A stretch of 64,000 nt of DNA from Sedimentisphaerales bacterium (GTDB lineage Bacteria > Planctomycetota > Phycisphaerae > Sedimentisphaerales > SM23-30), in assembly GCA_963663805.2 (NCBI GenBank), contig CAXXMR010000020.1, forward strand, positions 242,025 to 306,024, given 5' to 3'. Of this stretch, positions 1-8,900 are shown piece after piece; the first letter of the stretch is position 1; each line of letters opens with the position of its first letter. The position numbers and the translations under genes were made by a program. Under the pieces are notes generated by a model. The model did no database searches and was not told the origin of the DNA. It was given only the letters and a program-made list of their open reading frames with translations.

Positions 1-217
1 CATATTAGCGAAATACCGTTCATCAGGCAAGCAGACTTTACCTATCTGTGTTTCAGTCCTATAATTAAGTAAAGCTGGATAGTTTGCGGACAATAGCAAA
101 ACAAATGAATATAATGCCTAAGTTTTTTTACAGGAGTGATTTGTCAGACGTGATTTTGCAAGTTATACTTCCCTTGCGTATAGTGAGAAATTAGGAGAAA
201 GCGAAAGGTTTTTTGTT

Positions 218-1999
218 GTGAACCATCCCAAAACAGTAATACATGTCACTCATGAGGCCGCCGGAAAAATCGGCGGCATAGGCAGCGTTCTGGAAGGCCT
301 GATTAGTGCCCCGGCTTATCGAAAAGGCGTTGAACGCACAATTATTATCGGTCCAATGTTTGAACGCAAATGTTCACCTACCGAACGGCTCGGCCCGGAA
401 GGGAAAATCCTCTATTCTTCACTCGACGGAATTGTAGGCCGACAATACAGCACCGCGTTATCAAAAGTAGAGCACAAATTTGGTGTTTCAATAGTTTACG
501 GCAAAAAACGTTTTGGTGACCATCAGGGCCAAATGACCGGCACCGCCGAAGTCATTCTTATTGATGTCAAGCGAGCCAACATCCACCCTGTAAACGGCCT
601 GAAATCGTGGCTCTACGAAGAATACGGACTAGCCAGCAATCTGTACGAGAAAGACTGGTTTTTTGAACAATACATGAGGCTTGCCCCTGCGGCCCTGGCG
701 GCATTACGTGCTGTCAATGCCGCCGACCCTCACGAACCGTCGCTGCTGATTGCCCACGAACACATGGGTGTCCCCACCGCATTGGCGGCAATGGTCGAGC
801 CTCTCCAGACGCACAAAACCGCGTTTTACGCCCACGAAACTGCCTCGGTAAGACAAATCGTCGAGAAACATCCTGGCCACGACACCATGTTCTATACTGC
901 TCTGGACTGGGCCGAAAATAATAATATGTTCATCGAAGACATGTTCGGCTTGCAGGATCATAATTTCAAACATGCTCTGGTAAGAGCCGCCGCCCGCTGC
1001 GATACCATTCTGGCGGTAAGCGACCGCGTGGCCCAGGAACTCAAACGCCTCGACCCGGTGTTTCTAAATACGGATATCGAAGTTGTATATAACGGCATAC
1101 CCGATAAACCGGTTAGCCTCGACGAAAAATTCGCCGCCCGGGAACGTATGCGTCAATACGCCGAAAACCTGCTGGATTTCCGCCCGCACCATATTTTCAC
1201 ACACGTTTGCCGTATTGCGCGAAGCAAGGCCCTATGGCGTGACCTGAGCGTACTTCATCATATTGACCATCAGTTTAACCGTGAAGGGCGCAGCGGAGTA
1301 TTTTTTCTGCTCGGTACCGACATGCCGCAGCGGCCTGGAGTGGTCATAGAAAAAATGGAATCGGAATGGAACTGGCCGGTCGAACACCAGACCAAAGTGC
1401 CCGACCTTTCCCATGCCGAAGAAGAAATTTACAACCTGACCCGCTTTTTCAATGACAGCCACAGTAACATTAAAGTCGTGTTTGTCAATCAGTTTGGCTG
1501 GTCACAAGAACTTTGCGGCCCAAGAATGCCGGCGGACATGAAACCGGATGATATCCACATAGGAACAGACGCGGAATTAGGACTAAGTATTTACGAGCCA
1601 TTTGGGATTTCGGTGCTGGAACCACTCCGGGCTGGCGGCTTATGCCTCGTAAGCGACGTCTCCGGCTGCCTGGACCTTTTACACGAAGTTACAGACAATT
1701 TCGAACCTAACGTCATCGTCGCAAACTACTCCCATCTGGCCGGCGACATCGGCAATGACCTCGCCGCCATACAGGGCATTGACCAGGCCCGCAGAGACGG
1801 CCTGGAAGCCCACGTAAGCTACCATGCCGCCCAGAAACTTCTGGACCATCTGCCCCGTAGCGAAGCCCAGATGCAGCAGCTCATTAACAGCGGTGCGAAA
1901 CTGGCCCATGAAATATCCTGGGAAAAAGTCACCGAACAATACATCCTGCCCGGCATAGATTCAGCCAGCAGCCATCAACGCAAACTGCGAATCGCATAA
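218..1999 (+). CDS. glycogen synthase-like glycosyltransferase (GT3-like, GT-B fold)
   Basis: N-terminal HEAAGKIGGIGSV and C-terminal SIYEPFG motifs parallel the EVANxVGGIYSV and SYYEPWG motifs of GT3 glycogen synthases; AGGAG upstream of GTG start. Confidence 0.75.
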   Translation: MNHPKTVIHVTHEAAGKIGGIGSVLEGLISAPAYRKGVERTIIIGPMFERKCSPTERLGPEGKILYSSLDGIVGRQYSTALSKVEHKFGVSIVYGKKRFGDHQGQMTGTAEVILIDVKRANIHPVNGLKSWLYEEYGLASNLYEKDWFFEQYMRLAPAALAALRAVNAADPHEPSLLIAHEHMGVPTALAAMVEPLQTHKTAFYAHETASVRQIVEKHPGHDTMFYTALDWAENNNMFIEDMFGLQDHNFKHALVRAAARCDTILAVSDRVAQELKRLDPVFLNTDIEVVYNGIPDKPVSLDEKFAARERMRQYAENLLDFRPHHIFTHVCRIARSKALWRDLSVLHHIDHQFNREGRSGVFFLLGTDMPQRPGVVIEKMESEWNWPVEHQTKVPDLSHAEEEIYNLTRFFNDSHSNIKVVFVNQFGWSQELCGPRMPADMKPDDIHIGTDAELGLSIYEPFGISVLEPLRAGGLCLVSDVSGCLDLLHEVTDNFEPNVIVANYSHLAGDIGNDLAAIQGIDQARRDGLEAHVSYHAAQKLLDHLPRSEAQMQQLINSGAKLAHEISWEKVTEQYILPGIDSASSHQRKLRIA

Positions 2000-2100
2000 C
2001 TTAGCAAAACCATAAATGTTAAAATAGCTTCAGTCTTTTACAAATGAAATCTTGCGCAAAATGGCAACAATTTATCAGAGTCGCGTACGGAGGTAAGTAG

Positions 2101-2202
2101 TGCCGTTAAAAATCCGTGTAATCCGCGGTTAAATATTTTCGTTGTGGTTTTGAATTTTGAGATTAGAATTTGTATAAAATTTAGTGTTTATCTGGGTTAG
2201 GT
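2101..2202 (-). repeat. dispersed intergenic repeat, copy 1 (CCAGATAAAC + heptamer array + CGCGGATTA/CACGGATT unit + TAACGGCA)
   Basis: Reverse complement matches 17062-17160, including the block AAAATATTTAACCGCGGATTACACGGATT...TTTAACGGCA. Confidence 0.85.
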
Positions 2203-2253
2203 ATTTTATCGACAGTATACCCAATATACAGAAGTATACAAAGGTATGAGCTA

Positions 2254-2673
2254 ATGGCATTGGTAGAAATCAACTGGAAACCCGCCGACAAAACCGTACG
2301 CGATTTTGGCAATATTTCACCTCTCGCAACCCTGGTATTAGTACTGATACTCCACTTCTGGCGTGATTTACCCCTTAAAACCTGCTCAATCATATTCGCC
2401 GCGGGCATAGCGATATTCCTGATACGCCTTATCTCCCTAACCGCCGCCAAATACATCTTCATCGTTTTTTCAGCCGTCACAGCCCCAATCGGCATAGTGG
2501 TAAGCTTCGTCGTACTGCTGATATTCTATTATCTCATCATAACCCCCGTTGCCCTGTTTTTCAGAATCACAGGGCGTGACGTACTAACCCGAAAATTCGA
2601 CCACCAGGTCAAGACTTACTGGCTTCCCCACAAAAAGACCCCAAGTCTCAAACAATATTTCAACCAGTTTTGA
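2254..2673 (+). CDS. SxtJ family membrane protein
   Basis: Hydrophobic helices, APIG..VS..LL.IFY..ITP motif and terminal YFNQF typical of SxtJ. Confidence 0.85.
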   Translation: MALVEINWKPADKTVRDFGNISPLATLVLVLILHFWRDLPLKTCSIIFAAGIAIFLIRLISLTAAKYIFIVFSAVTAPIGIVVSFVVLLIFYYLIITPVALFFRITGRDVLTRKFDHQVKTYWLPHKKTPSLKQYFNQF

Positions 2674-2686
2674 CAGGATATTAATA

Positions 2687-2890
2687 ATGACTAAGGACCA
2701 GGAAAACAAACAATCTTTCGAAGAGCTTTCCCAGGAAGAACGCACATCATTTTCCGCCGAACTCTGGTTTTTTCTCAAAAACAACAAGAAATGGTGGCTC
2801 CTGCCCATCCTGGTCGTACTGGCCCTACTGACAGGCCTGGCAATCCTCGGCGGTTCCGCCCTGGCACCATTCATATACCCGCTATTCTAA
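2687..2890 (+). CDS. DUF5989 (SxtK-like) small membrane protein
   Basis: ELWFFLKNNKKWWLLP...APFIYPLF signature; follows sxtJ-like gene. Confidence 0.9.
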   Translation: MTKDQENKQSFEELSQEERTSFSAELWFFLKNNKKWWLLPILVVLALLTGLAILGGSALAPFIYPLF

Positions 2891-3024
2891 AAACAGCACT
2901 CGTGCCGTTTATATGCTCGCTAACCACGCAAGCAACCGGAAAATTAAATAACCTCAGCCCCAGGCTGTATCGAACCGACACCAATTATTAAAGCATCTGG
3001 CGATGTTTCTACTGCGTGGCAGGG

Positions 3025-3735
3025 CTAAGGTGTGGTGTCCAGGCAGACGGCTAGTACTTCGCAGTCTACTCCTTTGATGGCTGCTCCGCTGTTGTGGAAG
3101 TATATTCCGTGATAGTAGTAATCTGAAAAAGCGACGTGGGTGTGGCCGAAGTAGATGTCTGTGACACCCTGGCTTAGTTGGGGGTTGTGTTTTTTGAGAC
3201 CCTGGAGTATTCGGGTGGCGCAGGCCCGGGGCCAGTGGAGGTGGGCGGTGAGGGTGTGGAGTCGCAGTGAGACGGCGTGGCGGTAGGCGCGGTTGGCGAA
3301 GCGGCCTTTCTGGCGGCGGAATTGTTTTAGTTTGCGTTGGAAGGGGTCATTGTTGTGAGGACGCAGAAGCAGGTCGCCGTGAAAGAACAGGGCGTTGCCG
3401 ATACGAATGTGAGAGCTGTGCCATTCGAGGTTGGGGATGGTTGGGGTTGATTTGTCGAGGTGGCGGGCGAAGTCGGCCAGACCGTCATGGTTGCCCATGA
3501 TATAGAATACGCAGCAGTTGGGGAAACGGCCAGCAAGGTTATCGAGCCATTTCAGGGCGGAATCGATGCTCTGTTCGAGGTTGTCGAGGGTAGACCAGCG
3601 GAAATCAAAAATATCGCCGTTGAGGACCAGGAAGTCGGCGGTTTGAGCGAGATGGTAGACCTTTTCGAGGTATTTGTCGGCAGAAGAACGTTCGGCCAGG
3701 AGGTGCAGGTCGGAGATGACATAACCGTGATTCAT
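3025..3735 (-). CDS. metallophosphoesterase (calcineurin-like, LpxH-like)
   Basis: SDLH, GDIFD, GNHD, HGD and GHTH motifs. Confidence 0.85.
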   Translation of the reverse strand: MNHGYVISDLHLLAERSSADKYLEKVYHLAQTADFLVLNGDIFDFRWSTLDNLEQSIDSALKWLDNLAGRFPNCCVFYIMGNHDGLADFARHLDKSTPTIPNLEWHSSHIRIGNALFFHGDLLLRPHNNDPFQRKLKQFRRQKGRFANRAYRHAVSLRLHTLTAHLHWPRACATRILQGLKKHNPQLSQGVTDIYFGHTHVAFSDYYYHGIYFHNSGAAIKGVDCEVLAVCLDTTP

Positions 3736-4473
3736 TTATTTGCGGGCCTCTATTACTACCGAGGGAGAATCGGGCTGAAAGGGTTCGAAATCGAGGCTTC
3801 CGTGCAGGCTTACCTGAGTGAACCCGTGGTTCATCAGGGCTTTGATAATCTGTTCGGGGCTGTAGGGCCGCATGGGGGTGGTGTGGAGCTGATGTTGCGG
3901 CTGGTCGGTTTGCCAGTCGATACGCAGCAGGTTGAAGTTGATGAGGTTGTCGAGGAAGTCGTAAAAACGTATGTACTCTACATTATCGCGGCGATTGACG
4001 GCTAAAACTCGTTGGTTTTTTTCTATGAGAGGCGGATAGTTGATGAACTGGATGAGGAGTGGGGCGTGAGGGTTGAGCAGGGTCCGCAAGGCGGTGAGGG
4101 ATGCGTTTAGGTCCTGGTCGGTGAGGAGGTAGGGCAGGGAATTTCCCAGGCAGAATATAGCGTCAAATGGGGTGTTGAGGTGGTCGGTGAGGTTTTGGAT
4201 GGGGGTCTGGATGAATTTGGGCCGAGGATTGGCCAAAGCGGTGATTTGGCGAGCCTGGTCGAGCATTTTTTCGGAGATATCGACTCCTACGGCCTGTATG
4301 CCGCGATTGGCCCAGGCGATGGTGTAGCTGCCGGTGCCGCAGGCGGCGTCGAGTATGGTTTTTGGGCGGTATCTTTGGTAAAATGTTTCCACAAATGAAG
4401 ATATGCGATTTTTGCGTTCCGGGGCCGAAGTCATTTCGTCGTAGAAGTTGGCGATTTGATTGTAAAAATTCAT
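3736..4473 (-). CDS. class I SAM-dependent methyltransferase
   Basis: LDAACGTG motif I; FDAIFCLGNSL. Confidence 0.9.
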   Translation of the reverse strand: MNFYNQIANFYDEMTSAPERKNRISSFVETFYQRYRPKTILDAACGTGSYTIAWANRGIQAVGVDISEKMLDQARQITALANPRPKFIQTPIQNLTDHLNTPFDAIFCLGNSLPYLLTDQDLNASLTALRTLLNPHAPLLIQFINYPPLIEKNQRVLAVNRRDNVEYIRFYDFLDNLINFNLLRIDWQTDQPQHQLHTTPMRPYSPEQIIKALMNHGFTQVSLHGSLDFEPFQPDSPSVVIEARK

Positions 4474-4623
4474 AGTACACCTCCGTTAAGGTTTGGTAGA
4501 TAATAAGTTAACCGTGTTGGGGGGAAAAGGAAAGATAATTGCTTTTTGGGGTTGGGGCGGTTACATTTTTGGGGTTATGGTCTGTAATGTTAAGTTTGAT
4601 AAGCTGTTAGATGAGGATAGACG

Positions 4624-7368
4624 ATGATTGAGTCAGTTCCGGGAAGCTATAATTTCAGCGCGATCGAGGCTAAATGGCAGGATTTTTGGGGAAAAAACAA
4701 AGTTTTTTCGACTTTTAACGACTTTTCCAAGCCAAAATACTATGTTTTGGACATGTTTCCCTATCCTTCGGGCGATGGTTTGCATGTTGGTCATCCGGAG
4801 GGTTATACGGCCAGCGATATAGTGGCCCGTTATAAGCGAATGAAAGGTTTCAATGTTTTGCACCCGATGGGCTATGATGCTTTCGGGCTGCCGGCTGAGC
4901 AGTACGCGGTTAAGACCGGTACGCATCCGCGGATTACCACGGAGCGGAATATCAATAATATTCGTCGGCAGATAAAGGGGCTGGGGTTCAGCTATGACTG
5001 GGATCGGGAGGTCGATACGACTGACCCGAAATATTATCGGTGGACTCAGTGGATATTTCTAAAACTGTTTAACAGTTGGTTTGATGATGCGGCGAACAAA
5101 GCGCGGCCCATCGCTGAGCTTATCGATGGTTTGGAGAAGGAGAAATATCTGGTCGGTGTGGGCGGCGAGCTGGTGGTGATGTCAGATTGTGATTTGCCGG
5201 CAGTGATGGGCGAGCCGATTGGGGCGCGGAAATGGTTTGAACTGGACGCAGCTGAGCAGCGGGAGCTTATCGATAATCAGCGGCTGGCTTATCAGTCTGA
5301 GAAACCGGTGAACTGGTGCCCGGAACTAGGGACGGTTTTGGCGAACGAGGAAGTTATCGGCGGGGTGAGTGAACGGGGTGGGCATCCGGTGATTCGTAAA
5401 CCGATGCGGCAATGGATGCTGCGGATAACGAAATACGCTGAGCGTCTTTTGGCGGATTTGGAGGGGCTGGACTGGTCTTACGGGATTAAGAAACTGCAAG
5501 CGGACTGGATTGGCAGGAGTGAGGGGGCGGAAGTTGATTTCGCGGTTGATGAATGTGATGAGGATATTCGGGTTTTTACGACTCGGCCCGACACTCTGTT
5601 TGGGGCGACTTATATGGTGCTGGCTCCGGAGCATCCGCTGGTTGATGTGATTGTATCGGACCAGCAGCGGTTTGCGGTTATGAGATATCAGGAGGATGCG
5701 GCGCGGAAAAGTGATTTGGACCGGACGGATCTTTCCAAGGATAAAAGCGGGGTGTTTACGGGTGCTTACGCTGTTAATCCGGTGAATGGTGAAAAGATAC
5801 CGATCTGGATAAGCGATTATGTGCTGATAAGCTATGGTACGGGGGCGATTATGGCGGTTCCGGCGCATGATGAGCGTGACTTTGAGTTTGCCACGAAGTT
5901 TGGGCTGCCGATAAAAGGCGTGGTTTTGCCTGATAAGCAGGCGGCGTTGAATTTGCCGGCGGCGGCAGAGAAGGGGTACGACGCCAAGAATAGCAGTGAG
6001 GCTGACGCGGACGCTATCGCTGAGGGAATTATCGCGGAGGTAATGGCGGGTAAGGTATGTTTTGCGGGGTTGGGGACGGCGGCGAATTCGGGTGATTTTG
6101 ATGGGCTGCCGACCGCGGAATTCAAGGAGAAGATTACCGTTTGGCTGGAAGAGCAGGGGTTGGGCAAGCGTTCGGTGAATTATAAGCTGCGGGACTGGCT
6201 GTTCAGTCGTCAGCGTTATTGGGGTGAGCCGATACCGATTGTGCATACTGAAGATGGGGCGGTATTGGGGCTGGACGCGGAGAGGGAACTGCCGCTGACT
6301 CTGCCGGAAGTGGAGAGCTATCAGCCGAGCGGGACGGGTGAATCGCCTTTGGCGAATATTACGGAGTGGCTGCACGTTGATTATCAGGGACTTCCTGTCA
6401 AGCGTGAGACCAATACGATGCCGCAATGGGCGGGTTCTTGCTGGTATTATCTGCGTTATATCGATGCGTGCAATGATGAAGCTCCGTTTGACAAGGAAAA
6501 AGAGCGATACTGGATGCCGGTAGATTTGTATATCGGCGGGGCGGAACACGCGGTGCTGCATTTGTTGTACGCGCGGTTCTGGCATAAGGTTCTTTATGAC
6601 GCGGGATGGACCAGTACGCCGGAGCCATTTACGAAATTGGTGAATCAGGGAATGATTCTGGGCAGCGACGGTCAGAAGATGAGCAAGAGCCGGGGCAATG
6701 TGGTTAATCCTGACAAGGTGATTGAAGACTACGGGGCGGATTCGATGCGTCTTTATGAGATGTTTATGGGGCCTCTGGACGCGGTGAAGCCGTGGAATAT
6801 GCAGGGTGTTGAAGGTGTGCATCGGTTTTTGCAGAAGGCTTGGCGGTTGATTGTGGGTGAGGACGGCGGTCTTCATGCGGCGGTGGTTGATGAGCCGGCT
6901 GAGGGTGAGTCGCTGCGTACTTTGCATAAGACGATTAAGAAGGTTACGGGCGATATTGAGGGATTTGGCTTTAATACGGCGATTTCTCAGATGATGATTT
7001 TTGTAAATGAGTATACGCGGCTGGAGAGGCGGAGTAAGTCGGCTTTGGAGGCATTTGTGCTGCTGCTGGCTCCTTTTTCGCCGCATATTGGTGAGGAATT
7101 GTGGCAGAAGCTGGGGCATAGCGAAAGTCTGGCTTATCAGGGGTGGCCTGAATATGATGAGGCCCTGACGCAAGACCCGGAAGTTGAGATTGCTTTGCAG
7201 ATTAACGGTAAGGTGCGGGACAAGATTACGGTGGCGGCGGATACCGACGAAAAAGCGATTGAAGAGGCGGCGTTGAATAATCCGCGGGTGCAGGAACTTC
7301 TGAAAGGCAAGGCGGTTCGTAAGGTTGTGGTTATTAAGGGGCGGTTGGTCAATATTGTGGCGACGTAA
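4624..7368 (+). CDS. leuS: leucine--tRNA ligase
   Basis: MFPYPSG, HVGH (HIGH), FTTRPDT editing domain and KMSKS motifs. Confidence 0.98.
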   Translation: MIESVPGSYNFSAIEAKWQDFWGKNKVFSTFNDFSKPKYYVLDMFPYPSGDGLHVGHPEGYTASDIVARYKRMKGFNVLHPMGYDAFGLPAEQYAVKTGTHPRITTERNINNIRRQIKGLGFSYDWDREVDTTDPKYYRWTQWIFLKLFNSWFDDAANKARPIAELIDGLEKEKYLVGVGGELVVMSDCDLPAVMGEPIGARKWFELDAAEQRELIDNQRLAYQSEKPVNWCPELGTVLANEEVIGGVSERGGHPVIRKPMRQWMLRITKYAERLLADLEGLDWSYGIKKLQADWIGRSEGAEVDFAVDECDEDIRVFTTRPDTLFGATYMVLAPEHPLVDVIVSDQQRFAVMRYQEDAARKSDLDRTDLSKDKSGVFTGAYAVNPVNGEKIPIWISDYVLISYGTGAIMAVPAHDERDFEFATKFGLPIKGVVLPDKQAALNLPAAAEKGYDAKNSSEADADAIAEGIIAEVMAGKVCFAGLGTAANSGDFDGLPTAEFKEKITVWLEEQGLGKRSVNYKLRDWLFSRQRYWGEPIPIVHTEDGAVLGLDAERELPLTLPEVESYQPSGTGESPLANITEWLHVDYQGLPVKRETNTMPQWAGSCWYYLRYIDACNDEAPFDKEKERYWMPVDLYIGGAEHAVLHLLYARFWHKVLYDAGWTSTPEPFTKLVNQGMILGSDGQKMSKSRGNVVNPDKVIEDYGADSMRLYEMFMGPLDAVKPWNMQGVEGVHRFLQKAWRLIVGEDGGLHAAVVDEPAEGESLRTLHKTIKKVTGDIEGFGFNTAISQMMIFVNEYTRLERRSKSALEAFVLLLAPFSPHIGEELWQKLGHSESLAYQGWPEYDEALTQDPEVEIALQINGKVRDKITVAADTDEKAIEEAALNNPRVQELLKGKAVRKVVVIKGRLVNIVAT

Positions 7369-7378
7369 GCGTAACGGC

Positions 7379-7433
7379 AGGCAAGAGGCATTTAAGAAGG
7401 CAAGAGGCATTAGGCAAGAGGCAAGAGGGCAGG
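7379..7433 (+). repeat. short tandem heptamer array (AGGCAAG/AGGCATT)
   Basis: Repeated AGGCAAG units right after the leuS stop. Confidence 0.8.
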
Positions 7434-7454
7434 ATTTTATTATTTTTGCTTTAT

Positions 7455-7505
7455 ACCGGGGGCTTACGCGCCCCAGCTATGCGCTCTTTCGACCCCTTTG
7501 GGGTC
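7455..7505 (+). repeat. REP-like palindromic element
   Basis: ACCGGGGGCTTACGCGCCCCAGCT hairpin followed by GACCCC-TTT-GGGGTC; related copies at 11914 and 32449. Confidence 0.65.
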
Positions 7506-7592
7506 TTTAACGGTATTGACGCAACGGGTGTTTTGAGCTGGGGTTTGGGCGACGGTGCGGGGCGAACTTCGGTCGGGAGTGGGAAAGTGTAC

Positions 7593-7627
7593 CGGACACC
7601 GTTTCGAATCGGACACCGTTTCGAATC
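7593..7627 (+). repeat. 17-bp direct repeat x2
   Basis: CGGACACCGTTTCGAAT repeated exactly in tandem. Confidence 0.9.
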
Positions 7628-7871
7628 TCAAAAAGGCTTTTTGACAGGGAAGTTATTCGGACCTCAGATTTGTGTTCTGGATAATTTGGCTGTTGTGCTT
7701 CCTATAAAAACGTTTGTGCCAGTTTGTGACACTGGTTTTTGGGGCGGAGAAATAAACATTAAATTTGTGTTTTGGGGGGAGTGGTAATCTGTCCGAAAAG
7801 ATTTAAGCCTGGCTGTTTACGGTTATGGTTTAATTTCAGAGGTGGTATGACCACCCGTTAAGGAGCTTGTA

Positions 7872-8873
7872 ATGGTTGTGTATTCGAGAATGTTGCATGT
7901 GATTTTATTGGTTTTGGTTGTTTCGCTGTGCTCCTGTGAGAAGAAGCAGGAGGCGGCGGCTCCTGCGGCATCCGATAATCAACCGGCTGTCAAAGAGTCT
8001 GAAATGGCTGAGCCAGTGATGCAGGCGGGTGAATTTACAGCGATTGTGCCGCCGAAACGTGAAGCCAAGGATATTGCGATTAAATGTGTGCGGAAAGACG
8101 CTGTGATTGTGGCTGACGGCAAGGCTGATGAGGTGGTTTGGGGTGAGCTTTCGAAAGTGGTTACGCTGGACTGTTCATCTGGGCGGGAGATAGAGCTTTG
8201 CTGTTTCCATGACGGGGTGAACATTTACTTTTTAGCTCGTTATCCTGACGGGGCGGCATCGGAGAGTCACAAGAGCTGGGGCTGGAGTGAGGCTGAGCAG
8301 GTTTATAAGCCGCTGCCGGACCGGGAGGATATGCTGGTTTATAAGTGGCTGATGACCGGTGAGGTGATGGGTTTTGGGGTTGATGTTATTGAGCCTCATA
8401 CGGCTGACATATGGTTCTGGAAGGCGCGGCGGACGAATCCGAGTGGTTATTTTGATGATAAGATGCATCTGGTGACAACGGAGGAGAGTAAGGGCGCGTT
8501 GGCGATTGAATCTAAGAAAAACGGTAAGGTTTATTTACTGCGAGTTGGGGATGAAGGTAAAAGCGCTTATGAGGAAGTCATACCTTTTGAGTATGAGGGG
8601 AAATACAAGCGGAAATATTTGCCGCGTGAGCCGGAAGGCAGCCGGGCAGATGTGCAGGGCAAGGGTGTGTGGTCGGAGGGGTACTGGACAATCGAGTTGG
8701 CTCGCAAGCTGGATACAGGGCATGAAGATGATGTGAGGTTTGTTGAGGGCGGGCAGTATCGTTTTGGGGTGTGTCTGTACGAGATGGCGGCGACGGGTGT
8801 TTATCCGGAGCTTTATCAGCCGTTGTATCGGACAGGTGATGTTTTTGATAATCTGGTGCTGGAAATTGAATGA
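7872..8873 (+). CDS. lipoprotein with DOMON heme-binding (ethylbenzene dehydrogenase gamma-like) domain
   Basis: Lipobox-like LCSC; REDM, DIWFWKARRTNP, GSRADV..KG.W..G.WTIE..RKL.TG..DD motifs. Confidence 0.75.
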   Translation: MVVYSRMLHVILLVLVVSLCSCEKKQEAAAPAASDNQPAVKESEMAEPVMQAGEFTAIVPPKREAKDIAIKCVRKDAVIVADGKADEVVWGELSKVVTLDCSSGREIELCCFHDGVNIYFLARYPDGAASESHKSWGWSEAEQVYKPLPDREDMLVYKWLMTGEVMGFGVDVIEPHTADIWFWKARRTNPSGYFDDKMHLVTTEESKGALAIESKKNGKVYLLRVGDEGKSAYEEVIPFEYEGKYKRKYLPREPEGSRADVQGKGVWSEGYWTIELARKLDTGHEDDVRFVEGGQYRFGVCLYEMAATGVYPELYQPLYRTGDVFDNLVLEIE

Positions 8874-8900
8874 ACGAGTGGAATGTTAAAGAGCTTGTAG

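Noticed and set aside
5326..7410. 694-aa antisense ORF over leuS, and similar shadow ORFs (e.g. 9672-10565, 14657-15619, 34771-35790, 36772-37620)
   Set aside because: Antisense to well-supported genes with no recognisable motifs; explained by codon bias
7379..7627. Possible CRISPR array
   Set aside because: Repeats are short and directly tandem, with no unique spacers and no cas genes
7700..7740. sigma54 promoter (TGGCAC on the minus strand)
   Set aside because: -12 TTGC element absent and it points away from the downstream gene
7446..7787. 113-aa ORF in the leuS downstream spacer
   Set aside because: Runs through palindromic and tandem repeats; no protein motifs
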